Translations under genes and position numbers: made by a program
Origin: Octopus vulgaris
Lineage: Eukaryota
NCBI GenBank assembly: GCA_951406725.2
Contig: OX597816.1
Span: 41,540,001-41,604,000 of the forward strand
Direction of reading: 5' to 3'
Length of the DNA stretch: 64,000 nucleotides
Shown: piece after piece, positions 13,481-26,329 of the stretch
Layout: each line of letters starts with the position of its first letter
Numbering within the stretch: the stretch's first letter is position 1
Notes under the pieces: model-generated
What the model was told of the DNA's origin: nothing
Databases searched by the model: none
The model's input: the letters and a program-made list of their open reading frames with translations, nothing else

Positions 13481-15477
13481 TATGCAATTGAATAATCCTT
13501 AGTTTTTCACGGAATCATATTCCGACGTCCCCGGGACTTTGAAATTTAATTCCACTTGGTATGATTTGAGCTCCAAATGAAAATATTTCTAACCTTATCT
13601 CACAGTAATGTCAGATATCGTATCTCAGTTTAAAAGATCCTCCATGCTCTTTGCTTTGAAAATGCTGCGATGTTCAAGTCCTTTCTCCTCTGAGAATATG
13701 AAGGTCACTTGTCGATAGTGTAGTATCTGCATTTCTTTAAATGTTAAAGAAATATTCGTCACAAGAGTAATAAAACAACGTTCACATTCAGATTGTGTGG
13801 GTTTCATTCACCATTTTGCTGCAGACGTACAAAGACAGAACAACTAAATATCATCAGGAATTCTCTTAGACGCTCTTCAGTTATCGATCGTTCTCATATT
13901 AATACGTAATATTGGTGAAAGAGAATTAATGAGGTATTTTATATACATTTGTACTATTTTGATGTTTGAGGAAAATATAGATTTATATGAATAATCCTGC
14001 ATAAAGCAAAGCGAATGGGAAGATTTTCTTTTAACTATATCGAACTTTGTTTAGTATTTTTTAAATTATATCCTTCGTTCATAATTCTATTTTAGCAACT
14101 CTGTTGTTTTCTTTAAAATTTCACTCTAACTCAAAGATATTATCATTAATCACACGCTCCATTAATTATTGGTGCACACTATTGTATAAGCTGTTCATTA
14201 ATTTATCGCTGAAGACATCATCTGACGCTTAGTTTCAAAAGATCACATAAACCCCGAAAATAAAAACATAATTTAAAAAAAACAACAAAAAAATAAATAT
14301 AATATAAAATGAAAAAGTACGAAGAAAAAAAAACTTTAAAAATATAAAAATGAGTTTGGAATTTATTTCAGGCACTTCTGAGATTGGAAAATATATATTT
14401 TTTATTGTATGATTTAGTATTTTAATGTATTTCGTATGGTAGTGTTTATTTTTCCCTTTTGTGATCATTGGTTTGTTTTAACACGATTTTTTTGTTTTCC
14501 CTGTATTGTATTTTATGTTATAATCTCCTGAGAAATCTATGACAAAGGACATCTGTTTTACTGATTGTATTCGGTTATCACTGATTCAATCGATTAAAAA
14601 TTAATGTCTCAGAAAGAGAATTTTACGACATAATATCCATCTCTAGAAAACAAGTAAAGTATTTTTATGTATAAGAAATAAAATAGACTCATTAGACAAA
14701 TAAAAGCAAGAATAGCACCCGTAAAATAAAGTGAAAAACATAATCGAGAAATAAGAGCAGATACTCAACAAGAATGTTACACGTACGCAGACATACACAC
14801 ATGCACGCACGCATACAGACAGGAAGAAAAAGCAAGCAAATCTGTCAACAGAAAAGAATTATAGCCAAAGACGGTAATAAGAAAACAACATTCGTCCTAT
14901 CTAAAATAAAACTCCTGAATTATAAAATCAATTCTCTGGAATTAAATACCGAACAAAAGCGGAACGTCATTCACGGAAAATGTAAAAGTTAAAAAGAAAA
15001 AAAAAACAGAAAAAGAAAGAAAACGGAAATAATATAGAGCTGCGGAAAATATTTTCTGAAATCTTGAATTTATCAGTAGATTAGCGACAGTCAAAATACA
15101 CAACGTTATTATTGAACTGAATATCATGAGGTCAAAATAATTTATGGCAAATAATGTGGTTAAGGTAACGGAAGCACAAGGGTACACGTTGTTTTGACTT
15201 AAGCATTCACATGGAACTATTCCTGGGACATATACCCGTGATAGAGAGGTACTGGGTGTGTTATTTAAAAAAAAAAGCATGACCATTCAATGAGGAGGAA
15301 AATGGCAACTGCCTGTTCATTCCAATGATGGCACACAAAGAGGTGAAGGTATGATAAAATTGTGAGTGCTTTCGGTGCTTCATCGAATAAACAATGAAAT
15401 TATGCAAGTGACAAAGAAGAGTCACTCAAAAATACTCCAACGCTAATTGTTATTATTGTTCTTTTCTTTTCTTTTAC

Positions 15478-15694
15478 GACCAGACCATCAGATGTTGTTA
15501 CACATCGATAGTCATAACGCGCTTCGCATGTTTTAGCCTTCAATGAGTACAGCACGGATGACCACCCCTGCCGGAGCATCGTGGAGATTTAGGTGTTTTC
15601 GCTCCAAAAACACTCACGACGCCTGATCTGGGAATCGAATCCGTGATCCTACGACCGCAAGTCCGCTACCCTAATCACTGGGCTATTACGCCAC

Positions 15695-15696
<2 letters not shown>
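15478..15696 (-). mobile_element. tRNA-derived SINE, family D (tail type 2)
   Basis: Head homologous to the 22705 copy; tail homologous to 27396-27512. Confidence 0.75.
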
Positions 15697-15761
<65 letters not shown>

Positions 15762-16299
15762 GAGTGAGAAAGCAGTGCATACCTCAAAGTAACACTGGGG
15801 TAGAATATATGAAGCTCAGTATACCCATCATGACTACGCGTCTGATAAGGTTACACCAGGTACATGCATCACAACCATATGTGCGGGACATGGTCATCTC
15901 CTATCAAGATAAACAGCACATGACCTTGCAGGTGGGGCCCTGTTACAATTTTCTTCAGGTCGAGTAACCCATCCCGCTCAACCTTGAATAAAGGTTGTTT
16001 AAGGATGTTAAACGAAACACCCATGTTTCCAGAGGTGAATTATTCAAACCTCAAAGAATCCCTCTCAACACATGGTTATGATGCTCCCCCACTACTTCTG
16101 CTCGTGTTCAGAGATGCACATATCGTCAGCCCCTAAGGGACATGGTCAACAAATTAAGATCAAACAACTGACAAGCAAATCTGTGGTATTGAGCAGAATA
16201 TTTGCTGTAACCCATATTTTATACCAAGACAAACATTGTACATGATAAAACATCCAATCAGTTAAGATCAGAAGCCACTGCCTGGTACTCTATCAGGGC

Positions 16300-16301
<2 letters not shown>
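15762..16301. mobile_element. 540-bp non-coding insert between two (TTA)n tracts, probably a non-autonomous element
   Basis: Complex, higher-GC sequence with sharp boundaries against pure TTA repeats on both sides; no meaningful ORF. Confidence 0.55.
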
Positions 16302-16342
<41 letters not shown>

Positions 16343-16345
<3 letters not shown>

Positions 16346-16936
16346 TAGTTTTATTTTTATTATTCAGTAGTTTTATTTTTATAGCGTGCTTTCACTTCAC
16401 TACCGAGCGCAACTCTGTGTGCCTTGGGTATGTGCTGTGATTTGTTGTGATGCTCTGATGGTTATTGTATGGAAAGTAGGATGTGTGCAGTGCCTAGTAG
16501 TGCAATTTTCTGTATGTTATATGTGTTTGTAAGTCCTGGTGTTTTTGTTATGTATTTGTCTGTATATTTTTTATCATGCCTAATGCACCTACTATGATAG
16601 GAATTGTTTCTGTTTTCAGATTCCACATTCTAGTTACCTCTATTTCCAGGTCTTTGTATTTTGAGAGTTTCTCCATTTCTTTTAGAGACACGTTGTCATC
16701 AGCCGGTATTGATACATCAATTAGAAAGCATTTTTTTTCTTCATGATCTCTGACAACTATATCTGGTCTGTTGGCCTTAATTTCTCTATCTGTGTGTATC
16801 GGCATATCCCAGAGTATGGTTGCTTTCTCGCTTTCTGTGACCTTTTCTAGTGTGTGCCTATACCATCTTTTTTCTGTTGTTATTCCATAATGTTGGCATA
16901 GCTTCCAATGTATGTAGGTTCCAACTCTGTCATGTC

Positions 16937-16937
<1 letters not shown>
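16343..16937 (-). mobile_element. Second 5'-truncated Dong/R4 copy in (TAA)n
   Basis: Near-identical to 11861-12445 (NRPDIVVRD...FLIDVSIPADDN...KYKDL), with a small deletion near 16477 and a duplicated 3' terminus; TTA repeats on both sides. Confidence 0.93.
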
Positions 16938-17018
<81 letters not shown>

Positions 17019-17772
17019 GTTATTATTGTTATAATAATAATAATAATAATAATAATAATTATTATTATTATTATGTTGGTATATATATTACATTTTGGGC
17101 TGTTGTGTTGCAGATCAGTGGCGCCAAAAAGTACCCCTTTGCGTTGAACAACTAATTGATTTTTTTTGGGTGGGGGGGTTGAGCGAATCTTCTTTGTCAC
17201 TTGCATAATTTCATTGTTTCTTCAAAGATGCACTGAAAGCACTTAAAACCTCTGAACACCTATCATACCTTGAACTCTTTGTGTGCCAGCATTGGAATGA
17301 ACTCGCAGTTGGCTTTTCTCCTCACTGATAATAATAATAACATTAATAATAACACCACAAAGACCAACACCACCACCACCATCACCACCATCATCAACAA
17401 CAACAACAACAACAATAATAATATTCATAATGATGATGATGATGAGGAGGAGGATGATAATGATGGTGATGATGATCATGATGATTTTAAAGATATTTCT
17501 GCATGAAGACGAATATGCTAACTAAATTGATGATATTGGCAGAGACGCGTAATATGATTTTGAGGAACGTTCGATGCTAACGAGGGACAAACTGATTGGC
17601 GCATCTTGCTTTAACTAATTTCGTTTGCAGCAGTTTGAAGATCTCAGTAAACATACAATAATATTTGAAATAAAAAAGCGTATATGCTATATACAGAACA
17701 GCATTAGATAAATTTGCGGTTGCACAAACAGATTTATAATTTATGCGAAACTACTTATCATCATCATCATCA

Positions 17773-17818
<46 letters not shown>

Positions 17819-18128
17819 GTTGTTATATATATTACATTATGCGAAACACTGTATTCACTTCTGTATTGTTATATAGTACGGAGAGAGATGTGACGGAAAA
17901 AAAAAATTAGAACGAGAGAGTAGGATTTAGGTATACACTTTCTTTTACGGGTGTAAAAACAGTCGTGCATTCACATTATAGTTAGCTGAGCATCAATAAC
18001 AACGAGTAGGTTGTTGACGTTCTCCCAACCTAAGTTTTAACTACGTTTTAAATTGATCAGTAAGGGAAAAGGAACAGAAATATGGTAAATAATCATACTC
18101 TCACACAGACGCATACATGCACGTCCGT

Positions 18129-18179
<51 letters not shown>

Positions 18180-20198
18180 CACATGCACACATATAAGATA
18201 TACGTAAGTGGTGCGTGTAGCTTGTGATCGTTTGTTCCCTTGTGCTGTTGAACTTTTCTTTACTGGGTGAACTTTAATATTTATTGCTGGATCTATTTGA
18301 ATATGGCTATTTAAAATGAAAGATATTAAAAAATGCAATAGCCAACGGGCATATTGTGTTAGACTTTCACAATGAAAAATAACGATGATATAGTTGCTGA
18401 TAGGGAGAATAGAAACTCGCCCTGTCCTTAGAAATTCAGCAATGGGACATCGTGTGAATGTTAAGAATCGGTGTGTCCGAGAACCTGAAATCGGCGAAGT
18501 TCGAAGCTGTTTACTCCAATACTGGAGTTGAAACGTGTGAATCAGTTGAACGTTCTCAACATTCTGTGATGAGTTAGGCGCCAGACGCTTTTTATCATGT
18601 GAAAAGAGGTAAAATTTCAGAACACCCGAGAAGCCATTTCATGCTATTGTTTCACGCTGATTGATTTATAGATCAATCACGTGAATCATTGAGGAATCAC
18701 TCGTGATGGTTAATTGAGTATCTAGCAGTTAGGTTTCGAACCACTACGCACATGTCTATATATATCTACGCAAATGAATAACTATTTGCGTAAATGCACA
18801 TATGCAGAATGTTAGAAATAGTGAGTAAATCAAAAAGGATATTGTAAGGAATCCACTTGTTATAAATAACGATATTTCACATCTAACATACTACCTTCAA
18901 GTTTTGGTCTTCTGTAGGTTAATATACATCTTTTTCATATTTCTGAACAGTGAACGGAAGGCGTTTTGAATAGAAACCTATGAATATTTCTCACACAATC
19001 ATTTCATTTGTAGATTCTTAGCGATATTAACTTATCAATTCTTCTTTCCTGCTGAAGTGAATTCAACCCGATTTCATTAATCTATCACAAAAGGCTTCAG
19101 CTTTTAATTGAAGTTGCGTACTTCATATTCGCAAATATTATATTCAAACCGGTTCTCTTGCACTTAGTCATCGACTATTGAATGTGATCTTACACCTGCT
19201 CTTTCTTTGTCTTTTTTATCTGATGCGACATTGTCACAGCGTATGACAAAGTGAATTCGCTAATCTACAACTTCAACAGCCTGTTTCGGCCCGTTAACAG
19301 CTATGAACTATTTTAACCAAGAAGCAGGATATTTTCTCATTAGGAACATGTATGCAGATCAGCTGGTGACTGCGACATATCTAAAACGACAACTTGTTTC
19401 ACAGAGCTATCGATATGGATTGTGTAAAGTAGCTCACTCGTTGCTTTTGGTGTAACGTTGGGGCAACATTGTTATTTTTTGCCTTTCCGTTACGGCTTTA
19501 CATCACATCCTACCTTTTCTGTGTCTGTAGCCGATCATTCACACTTCACATTTGATTTACATGGAGATTAAATGCATTTCTTGATGCAAATATTCCCATG
19601 ACGATATTCTGTTTCATTATGTCAGTCACTCTGGGAAGGTACAGTCGCAGAGTCTTAATTCAGAGAAAGCCCACCTCCAAGTAGGGCGAAGTGCTCGTCT
19701 CAACGGAGTACATCCCGATACTTTCCTATCATCTTTTGCAGGGTACCACATCATGTTCAGTTACCACCTCTAGCAGCTATCTCCAAAACATGTTTACTTT
19801 TCTCCATCAGAGTTTCATATAGAGATAGAAGGAATGCTTGGTGAAACTCCTACTCCTTCACGTATAACCTTGCTTTTCTAGCGAGAAGTGTCTTAGAAAT
19901 TTGACACAACTACAATATGGTTTTAAATTCGGAATCGTTTCTCTTTTTCATGTGCAAAAACGTCCTTTATCTACGGTCTCGCATATACGCAACTCACCAT
20001 TTCAAAAGAACAAACCCGTAGGGCATTTTCCTCTCTGAAATATATATATATATATTTCTATTCAATTCATACAAAAGCGTCTTTTCACGAATCTACATTT
20101 TACATTCAAACTTGTCCCTAAAATATAAATGTCGACAACTGCTACACAGCTATTTCACCTGAATATCAGGATTTCATTTGGTTGTTACAAAATTATTA

Positions 20199-20442
20199 TG
20201 AAAATATGTTAGACCATAACAAATAAGACAACAGTAACATCGAAGTGCTTATATTTACTTCTACAATCAACTTTTCTCTTAATACTGAATACACTCTAAA
20301 CATTTTTACCACTAATAATGCAGATATAAATTGATCCTTTTCTTATTTCAATTTTATAATATCTCCTTTGATTCAATGTATGGTTACATGGCTTATCTAA
20401 ATATATTATAATGTGCATTTCAACCAAGAGAGCAGATGCCTA
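20199..20442 (+). repeat. ~244-bp direct repeat, copy 1
   Basis: Colinear, highly similar match to 25120-25363. Confidence 0.9.
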
Positions 20443-21110
20443 TGGCATAACTGTACGGAAATCATGTGTCAGTAACGTTCTGCATTTATAGTAGATCCAT
20501 TCAGGTCGTCATTTTCAAAGAAGAAAATTCCAAGCACTCCATCTAATCAAAAACCACACCACGCAGTCGCTTTCAGTGTATGCGTTCCACACTCTTGCAT
20601 TATTTCAGGATTTTCACTTCACCAAATCCAGCAGTTTTGTTTATTGACAAATTCACTCATGTAGAATTGATCCTTGTCAATGAAGAAGATTTTCTTTGCA
20701 AAATTTTCGTCAGATGCAAGTCTCTCCACAAACCAGTCAGCAAATTTTCTCCGCCTCCCGTGATCAGGTTGCTGAATATACTCTGTAAGTTGAATGTTTT
20801 ACAAATGCATATGGACTGGTCGAGATGCCCAACTGCTGCGAAAGTCGGCAAATCGACTCTGAGTGACACTGTCTAGCACAACAGCAATTTGTTGCTCTGT
20901 CCGACGAGAACGATTGTGCCCATGCGTTTTGGCCGTTGCAACTGAACCAGTTATTTTAAACTTTGCCATTATTCTGCGAAACGTAGACTCGTTGAGTGTT
21001 TCATGGTACGAAGTGTTAGTGCAGTCTGCGTTGCACTTGCCTCGTTTTGGTAAAATGTCTTCACGACGGGAACGCGTCTCTCAGTGTAAATTGTTCCATG
21101 ACACACTGCA
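20443..21110 (-). pseudogene. Tc1/mariner-superfamily transposase relic (rosa/DD41D-like)
   Basis: MEQFTL start near 21100; KKIFFIDKDQFYMSEFVNKQNCWIW*SENP...KATAWCGF*LDGVLGIFFFEN...INAERY*HMI; truncated before the second catalytic Asp. Confidence 0.8.
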
Positions 21111-21239
21111 AACTATTCTGAAAAACAAATAAAACACTATTAGTAGGTGTGAAGAGAGATAGCAAATAAGATAAAAGCTTGCCTTCAAATTTCAATCAGC
21201 AAATGTTTCGCTGGCATTTCAAAAGTTTTGCGTGACAGT

Positions 21240-21680
21240 TACCAACATATATCAGAAACAGTATCCTCATTTCCGACAAAAATGACCTGTTCCGCCTATT
21301 GTAGCCTTTATACGTAAGAGAAATATTAGAGAAATTCTGAGCAGTACGTCTAATAAAAACTCCGTTAGAGTTTCTGTGTGCTGCACCCGCCTCAAAACAC
21401 ACATAACAGAGTTAATCCCCCTTCGTTGTGCAATAACATGAGTCAGACCATTTCCATCAAGAATTATAATAGAAACGTTATGATTTACACAGGAGGGACC
21501 AGTAAATATTCCCATATCGTATATACAGCGGAATGCACTAGACACAATATGAATTATGTTGCTTGCACAAAAGATCGATTACAAAATAGATTTAACGGAC
21601 ATAGATACGACGTCAGTAATAATAACAGTGGTTCCACGGAACTTGCATTTAACTATAACAAGTACACAAAGTAACACTAC
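21240..21680 (+). pseudogene. Old Penelope-like GIY-YIG endonuclease relic
   Basis: KRNIREIL...HIVYTAECTRHNMNYVACTKDRLQNRFNGHRYDV...TELA (ORF 21378..21674). Confidence 0.7.
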
Positions 21681-22704
21681 TTCTAATTTGTGCAATAAAT
21701 CTCACGATGGACTCGGTTGCCTCATCTAACTAACATGCAGTAGTGGCCTTAACTTTTAAGTACAGCTTTTAGACGTAACTTCACAAGTCAACAATGATAT
21801 GATGTCCACACTTATCAGCAAATTGTGAATGCTTCCCAAGCTGCAGAGTTTCCTTTCTATCAGTAGTATCCGCGGAAACACTAAAAAGCCATTGATTTCC
21901 GAAAGTAGTCTATAGTAATCCGCCACCCAAAAGTCATGGAAACACCAGCCAGTTCATTGTGTATTACTCCTGAATTTGTCGCTTTCTTTTTCAGCCATTA
22001 TATTCCTGAACATCTTGCACTGCTTGTAGACAACAGTGAGTGCCTAACAACAATCTTGCTGTCATGAATCAATTCTTTGAGTTTTGTTGTCGCATGACTG
22101 CATCGTCATCAAAGAGATACGCTACGAAAAGAATTTACCTATCAAGCGTAAGTACACATATCAACGTTCCAGGGAGATCTGCAATTGGTGTAACATCAGG
22201 ACCTTGTGTCTCAGGCAAAATAACAGACAGCCTGGCAAAATGATAGATAGAAAAAACCAGAAATGATACGGAAATTTACACCGTTGCCCAGCAGTTCAGG
22301 GATAGCTTTCGCTCGCAAACATAAAATTGTGTAAGTTTTGAGTTCCCGACCCAAGCAGATCCCGAACAATATAAATTTTTCGTCTGTTCCGTGTGTTCAG
22401 GTATTTTCAGTTCCACGTTCCGTGTTGGTATCCTAGAGACTTAAACGAATTGTTCATTACTCTTAAAAATCACCTCATCTTCTTTTACAATGGAACATAC
22501 TTATTTGGTGATAAAACTCGCATACGCCGATACAAATATTTCGGCGCCCCAGCTCGATGGTCCGTAAGTTGGCACAAAGAGGAGAGACGAGACAGAATAT
22601 ATCCTATAGAGCGTGCAACTGAAAATGTTCCAGGAGGGAGCCGTTTATTTTGCCCATCAACCGGGTTTTTATAAGTTGCTCTCCAAGGTGATATCTTCCT
22701 GTTC

Positions 22705-23091
22705 GTGGAGGCGCAATGGCCCAGTGTGGTTAGGGCAGTGGACTCGCGGTCATAGGATCGCGGTTTCGATTCCCAGACCGGGCGTTGTGAGTGTTTATTG
22801 AGTGAAAACACCTAAAGCTCCACGAGGCTCCGGTAGGGGATGGTGGTGATCCCTGCTGTACTCTTTCACCACAACTTTCTCTCACTCTTACTTCCTGTTT
22901 CTGTTGTACCTGTATTTCAAAGGGCCGGCCTTGTCACTCTCAGGTGTCACGCTGAGTGTCCCCGAGAACTGCGTTGGGGGTGCACGTGTCTGTGGAGTGC
23001 TCAGCCACTTACACGTTAATTTCACGAGCAGGCTGTTCTATTGATCGGATCAACCGGAACCCTCGTCGTCGTAACCGACGGAGTGCTTCCA
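22705..23091 (+). mobile_element. Full-length tRNA-derived SINE, family D (tail type 1), with target-site duplication
   Basis: tRNA-like head with A box and GGTTTCGATTCC B box; TSD ATCTTCCTGTTC (22693-22704) / ATCTTCCCTGTTC (23092-23104). Confidence 0.9.
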
Positions 23092-25119
23092 ATCTTCCCT
23101 GTTCACAACCAATAAAATTATTGCATTCGTTTTAGTTGTGGACACGAACAAAGATAAATGGACTTAGTTTATGTGTACTCCAAAACGCACAGTCGCTGAA
23201 TAAAACATCTCTCGCGTATTAGAAAATAGGAAAAATTTGCGCACCGATCTGGTGTCACTCTTATACGAAATATTACAGACTCTATTAAGGCAATAATTTC
23301 GTACCTCTGTCGCACATTAGAAAAGAGGGGATTTTTGACCTCACCAAAACAAGATTTTAGAGAAATATATTGTGAGCTGCAATGGAAGCGGTATTCATGT
23401 TTTTACAATTTCTTTATTTCTGTGTGAAATGTATTACATGTCATACATCCGTTCCTTGTTGTGGATGTTGAGATCAGCTCCATGGAAATAGAAAAATAAA
23501 ATATTATCCAGAAATAAAGATGTATGTTATTTTCCTTCAGTCCCTGTACGTTTGAAGTAAACGTTTGAAGTTTTCTGCACACTTGCGCTTCTTGCAAGTA
23601 CTCTATTTTATGCAAATCCTTCGTTTGAAGAGAGACTCGTAGAAAGACGTCTATGTCGCTACCATACAACAATGATGATTGCATCCACAATAACAATAAT
23701 AACAATAATAGCAATAAATACAGCAGTGAATATACTTTGTTCACCTAGGGGTTAGTTTGAATTACGGTGGAATAAGCAAAAAGCCAGTAATAAATAGTTA
23801 TTATTTCAATTTGTTTTACAAATTAAGTTATATGTTCATAAATTAAACTACACCAAGGTAAAATAAACTCAGCTAGGAAAAAATGTGTTTCGATGTTTCG
23901 ATATCTAATTCCGTTGTCAATGACAGCACATAATAGTTATCAATGATTTCATACAGTGCACATTCGTTTACTATTTTCGGAATGCTAAAATTGTATTGTG
24001 AATAAATTACGACGTCTTTAGGCGTCTAATATTAGGTATTGTAATTTAGAAATCTTATATGTTTATTCATTCTTCACTTCCTTGCTTTAATTGACTATAT
24101 TTTGAATGGAGCTGAACCTAATACCAATTCAAATTCACTTTCCTTGATATAAAAATATATGAATTCCATAAATGAATAAATATATAATAACATAATGAAT
24201 TGGAGTAAAAGAAAATAATGTAGAATTTATTCAATCAATATATTTTATTTCCTTTTTAAACATTAGAGATAGTTTTTATTGAGAACTACGATATTGAATT
24301 TAAAACAAGCTTAATTTTCTTTTTTTCTCTCTCTAATATTTAATTGAAATATTATAATACATCATCGCAACAATGTATTCTAATATCCATTGTTGTTATC
24401 TAAATTCAAAAATGTGCTATAAAAAAATATTCAATTCAGCAGATATAATAACGAACAAAATAGTTCCTTTATTCTTTAGAAAAGCTATTATTTTGTGAGA
24501 TTAACTCTGTGATTAAAGACAATATTCCGTTTTATGAGGAAATGCAAAATATGTACAATGGCTTGCCATATTAGATATCTTATAAATAACTAATAAAAGT
24601 ATATATACATATATATTAACTGTTCCTGCAAAGCGTTCAGGTACAATAACATTTGAATATGATTCAGCTCTGTTTGAAGTACCAGCCTGTAAAATAATTT
24701 TTCTTCAGAAGAAGGGATTTTGCTACCGAAAATCTTTAGGTTAATATTCTTATCTAAGCCATAACTAATACAAAATTGAATTTTGTATATAATTAGACTT
24801 CAGACATTCACCCAATGGAAGAAAACGTGTTCTCATCTGTTATATATTTCCAAATGTTTATCACGGTTACACAGGTTTTAAATGATCAGGATACCATCAA
24901 CTTTGGTGTCTGTGTGTTTGCATAGTAGGTTAAGGATTGCCGCTAAATCTTTGGCGTAATGGTACCAGTTTTCCTCACTGCACACTCACTAGTTCCAATT
25001 TCTCTTTGTTGAACCTTCTTCTGTTGTTCATTGTATTTGCAACTTGATACAGCGAACCTATTTTTTTTAAACTTTAAGACAGCATTTTAACGTAATTTAT
25101 CGTTTTTATTTAACTTCGT

Positions 25120-25363
25120 TGAAAATATGTTAGACCATAACAAATAAGACAACAGTAACTTCAAAGTGCTTATATTTACTTTTACAATCAACTTTTCTCT
25201 TAATACTGAATACACTCTAAACATTTGTACCACTAATAATGCAGATATAAATTGATTCGTTTCTTCTTTCAATTTTATAATATCTCCTTCGATTCAATGT
25301 ATGGTTACATGATATATTTAGATATATTATAATGTGCATTTCAACCAAGAGAGCAGATGTCTA
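25120..25363 (+). repeat. ~244-bp direct repeat, copy 2
   Basis: Matches 20199-20442. Confidence 0.9.
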
Positions 25364-26092
25364 ATGATAGTGTGTAAACTGAATGATAACTAAATAATGC
25401 ATATTTTAATATTTATTACTATGTCCAAATCACCTGTATATAAATGTATTCAACGCAATGTTGTTCGAGATTGATAAATGTATATTAAAAGTGCATGGTA
25501 AATGACTCCAATATCCATATCGGAAACTAACTTCTACAATAGACATATATGTTGATGAAATTAATAGTATGAAAGACGATAATACCTTAATTTGTGAAAA
25601 TTCTAAACTTGAGCAACAGTATAGAATTTCTCAGCAATAACTTGTGTGCCAGTAGCAGTCAAATTTGCTTACATACATGCACACACCCGCACACATGTTA
25701 CACACACAAACACACAAACACACACAAACACAAAAATACACGTACACAAACATACATATTCGTTTATAGCGATGGAAATTTGATTACTTCAAATTAGCAA
25801 CATGAATATCACACTTAGAACAGATATGTGGTGAAATACTTCTACACTAAGCATACGCTTTATAACAGCATGTCTTATGTTTTTTAACAGAGAAATATAA
25901 CAGCTGTTTGCAAAAACTGTGCAGTAGCAGCTGTAGGTTTTGTTAAATAGGAACTTCTGCTGTTCTGTTTCTTTGACATTCGCAATTGCAAGTATCCATT
26001 GGCACTGTATAATAAGCGCGAATCCACTGCTACAGTAAAAAATAAATATAAGCACGTTTGTGAGAGAATGTATAACTCACAGAAGGGTTTCT

Positions 26093-26329
26093 TATTTCTT
26101 TACTGCCCACAAGGGGCTAAACATAGAGGGGACAAACAAGGACAGGCAAAGGGATTAAGTCGATTACATCGACCACATTGCGTAACTGGTACTTAATTTA
26201 TCGACCCCGAAAGGATGAAAGGCAAAGTCAATCTCGGCGGAATTTGAACTCAGAACTTAACGGCAGAAAGTAACCTCTAAGCATTTCGCCCGATGTGCTA
26301 ACGTTTCTTGCCAGCTCGCCACCCTAAAC
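26093..26329 (-). mobile_element. Full-length SINE, family A, with 17-bp TSD
   Basis: TSD ctcacagaag(g/t)gtttct at 26076-26092 and 26330-26346; reverse complement of the 28240 copy. Confidence 0.92.

Noticed and set aside
16255-16272. U2 snRNA-like atcagttaagatcaga
   Set aside because: Too short, with no other U2 elements.
18300-20190. Complex microsatellite-free stretch as a host exon or transposase
   Set aside because: No ORF of 60 aa or more in the track and no motif I can assign; probably an old relic, needs a homology search.
22705-22780. tRNA gene (also at 10170-10241 and 6420-6489)
   Set aside because: Imperfect cloverleafs followed by SINE bodies, with a TSD at 22705; these are SINE heads.
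21700-23400. Gypsy or L1/Tx1 relic around the SINE
   Set aside because: Only faint, mutually inconsistent motif similarities.
20199-25363. LTR retrotransposon bounded by the 244-bp direct repeats
   Set aside because: No TG...CA pair, TSD, PBS, PPT or gag/pol; the interior is a mix of unrelated relics.
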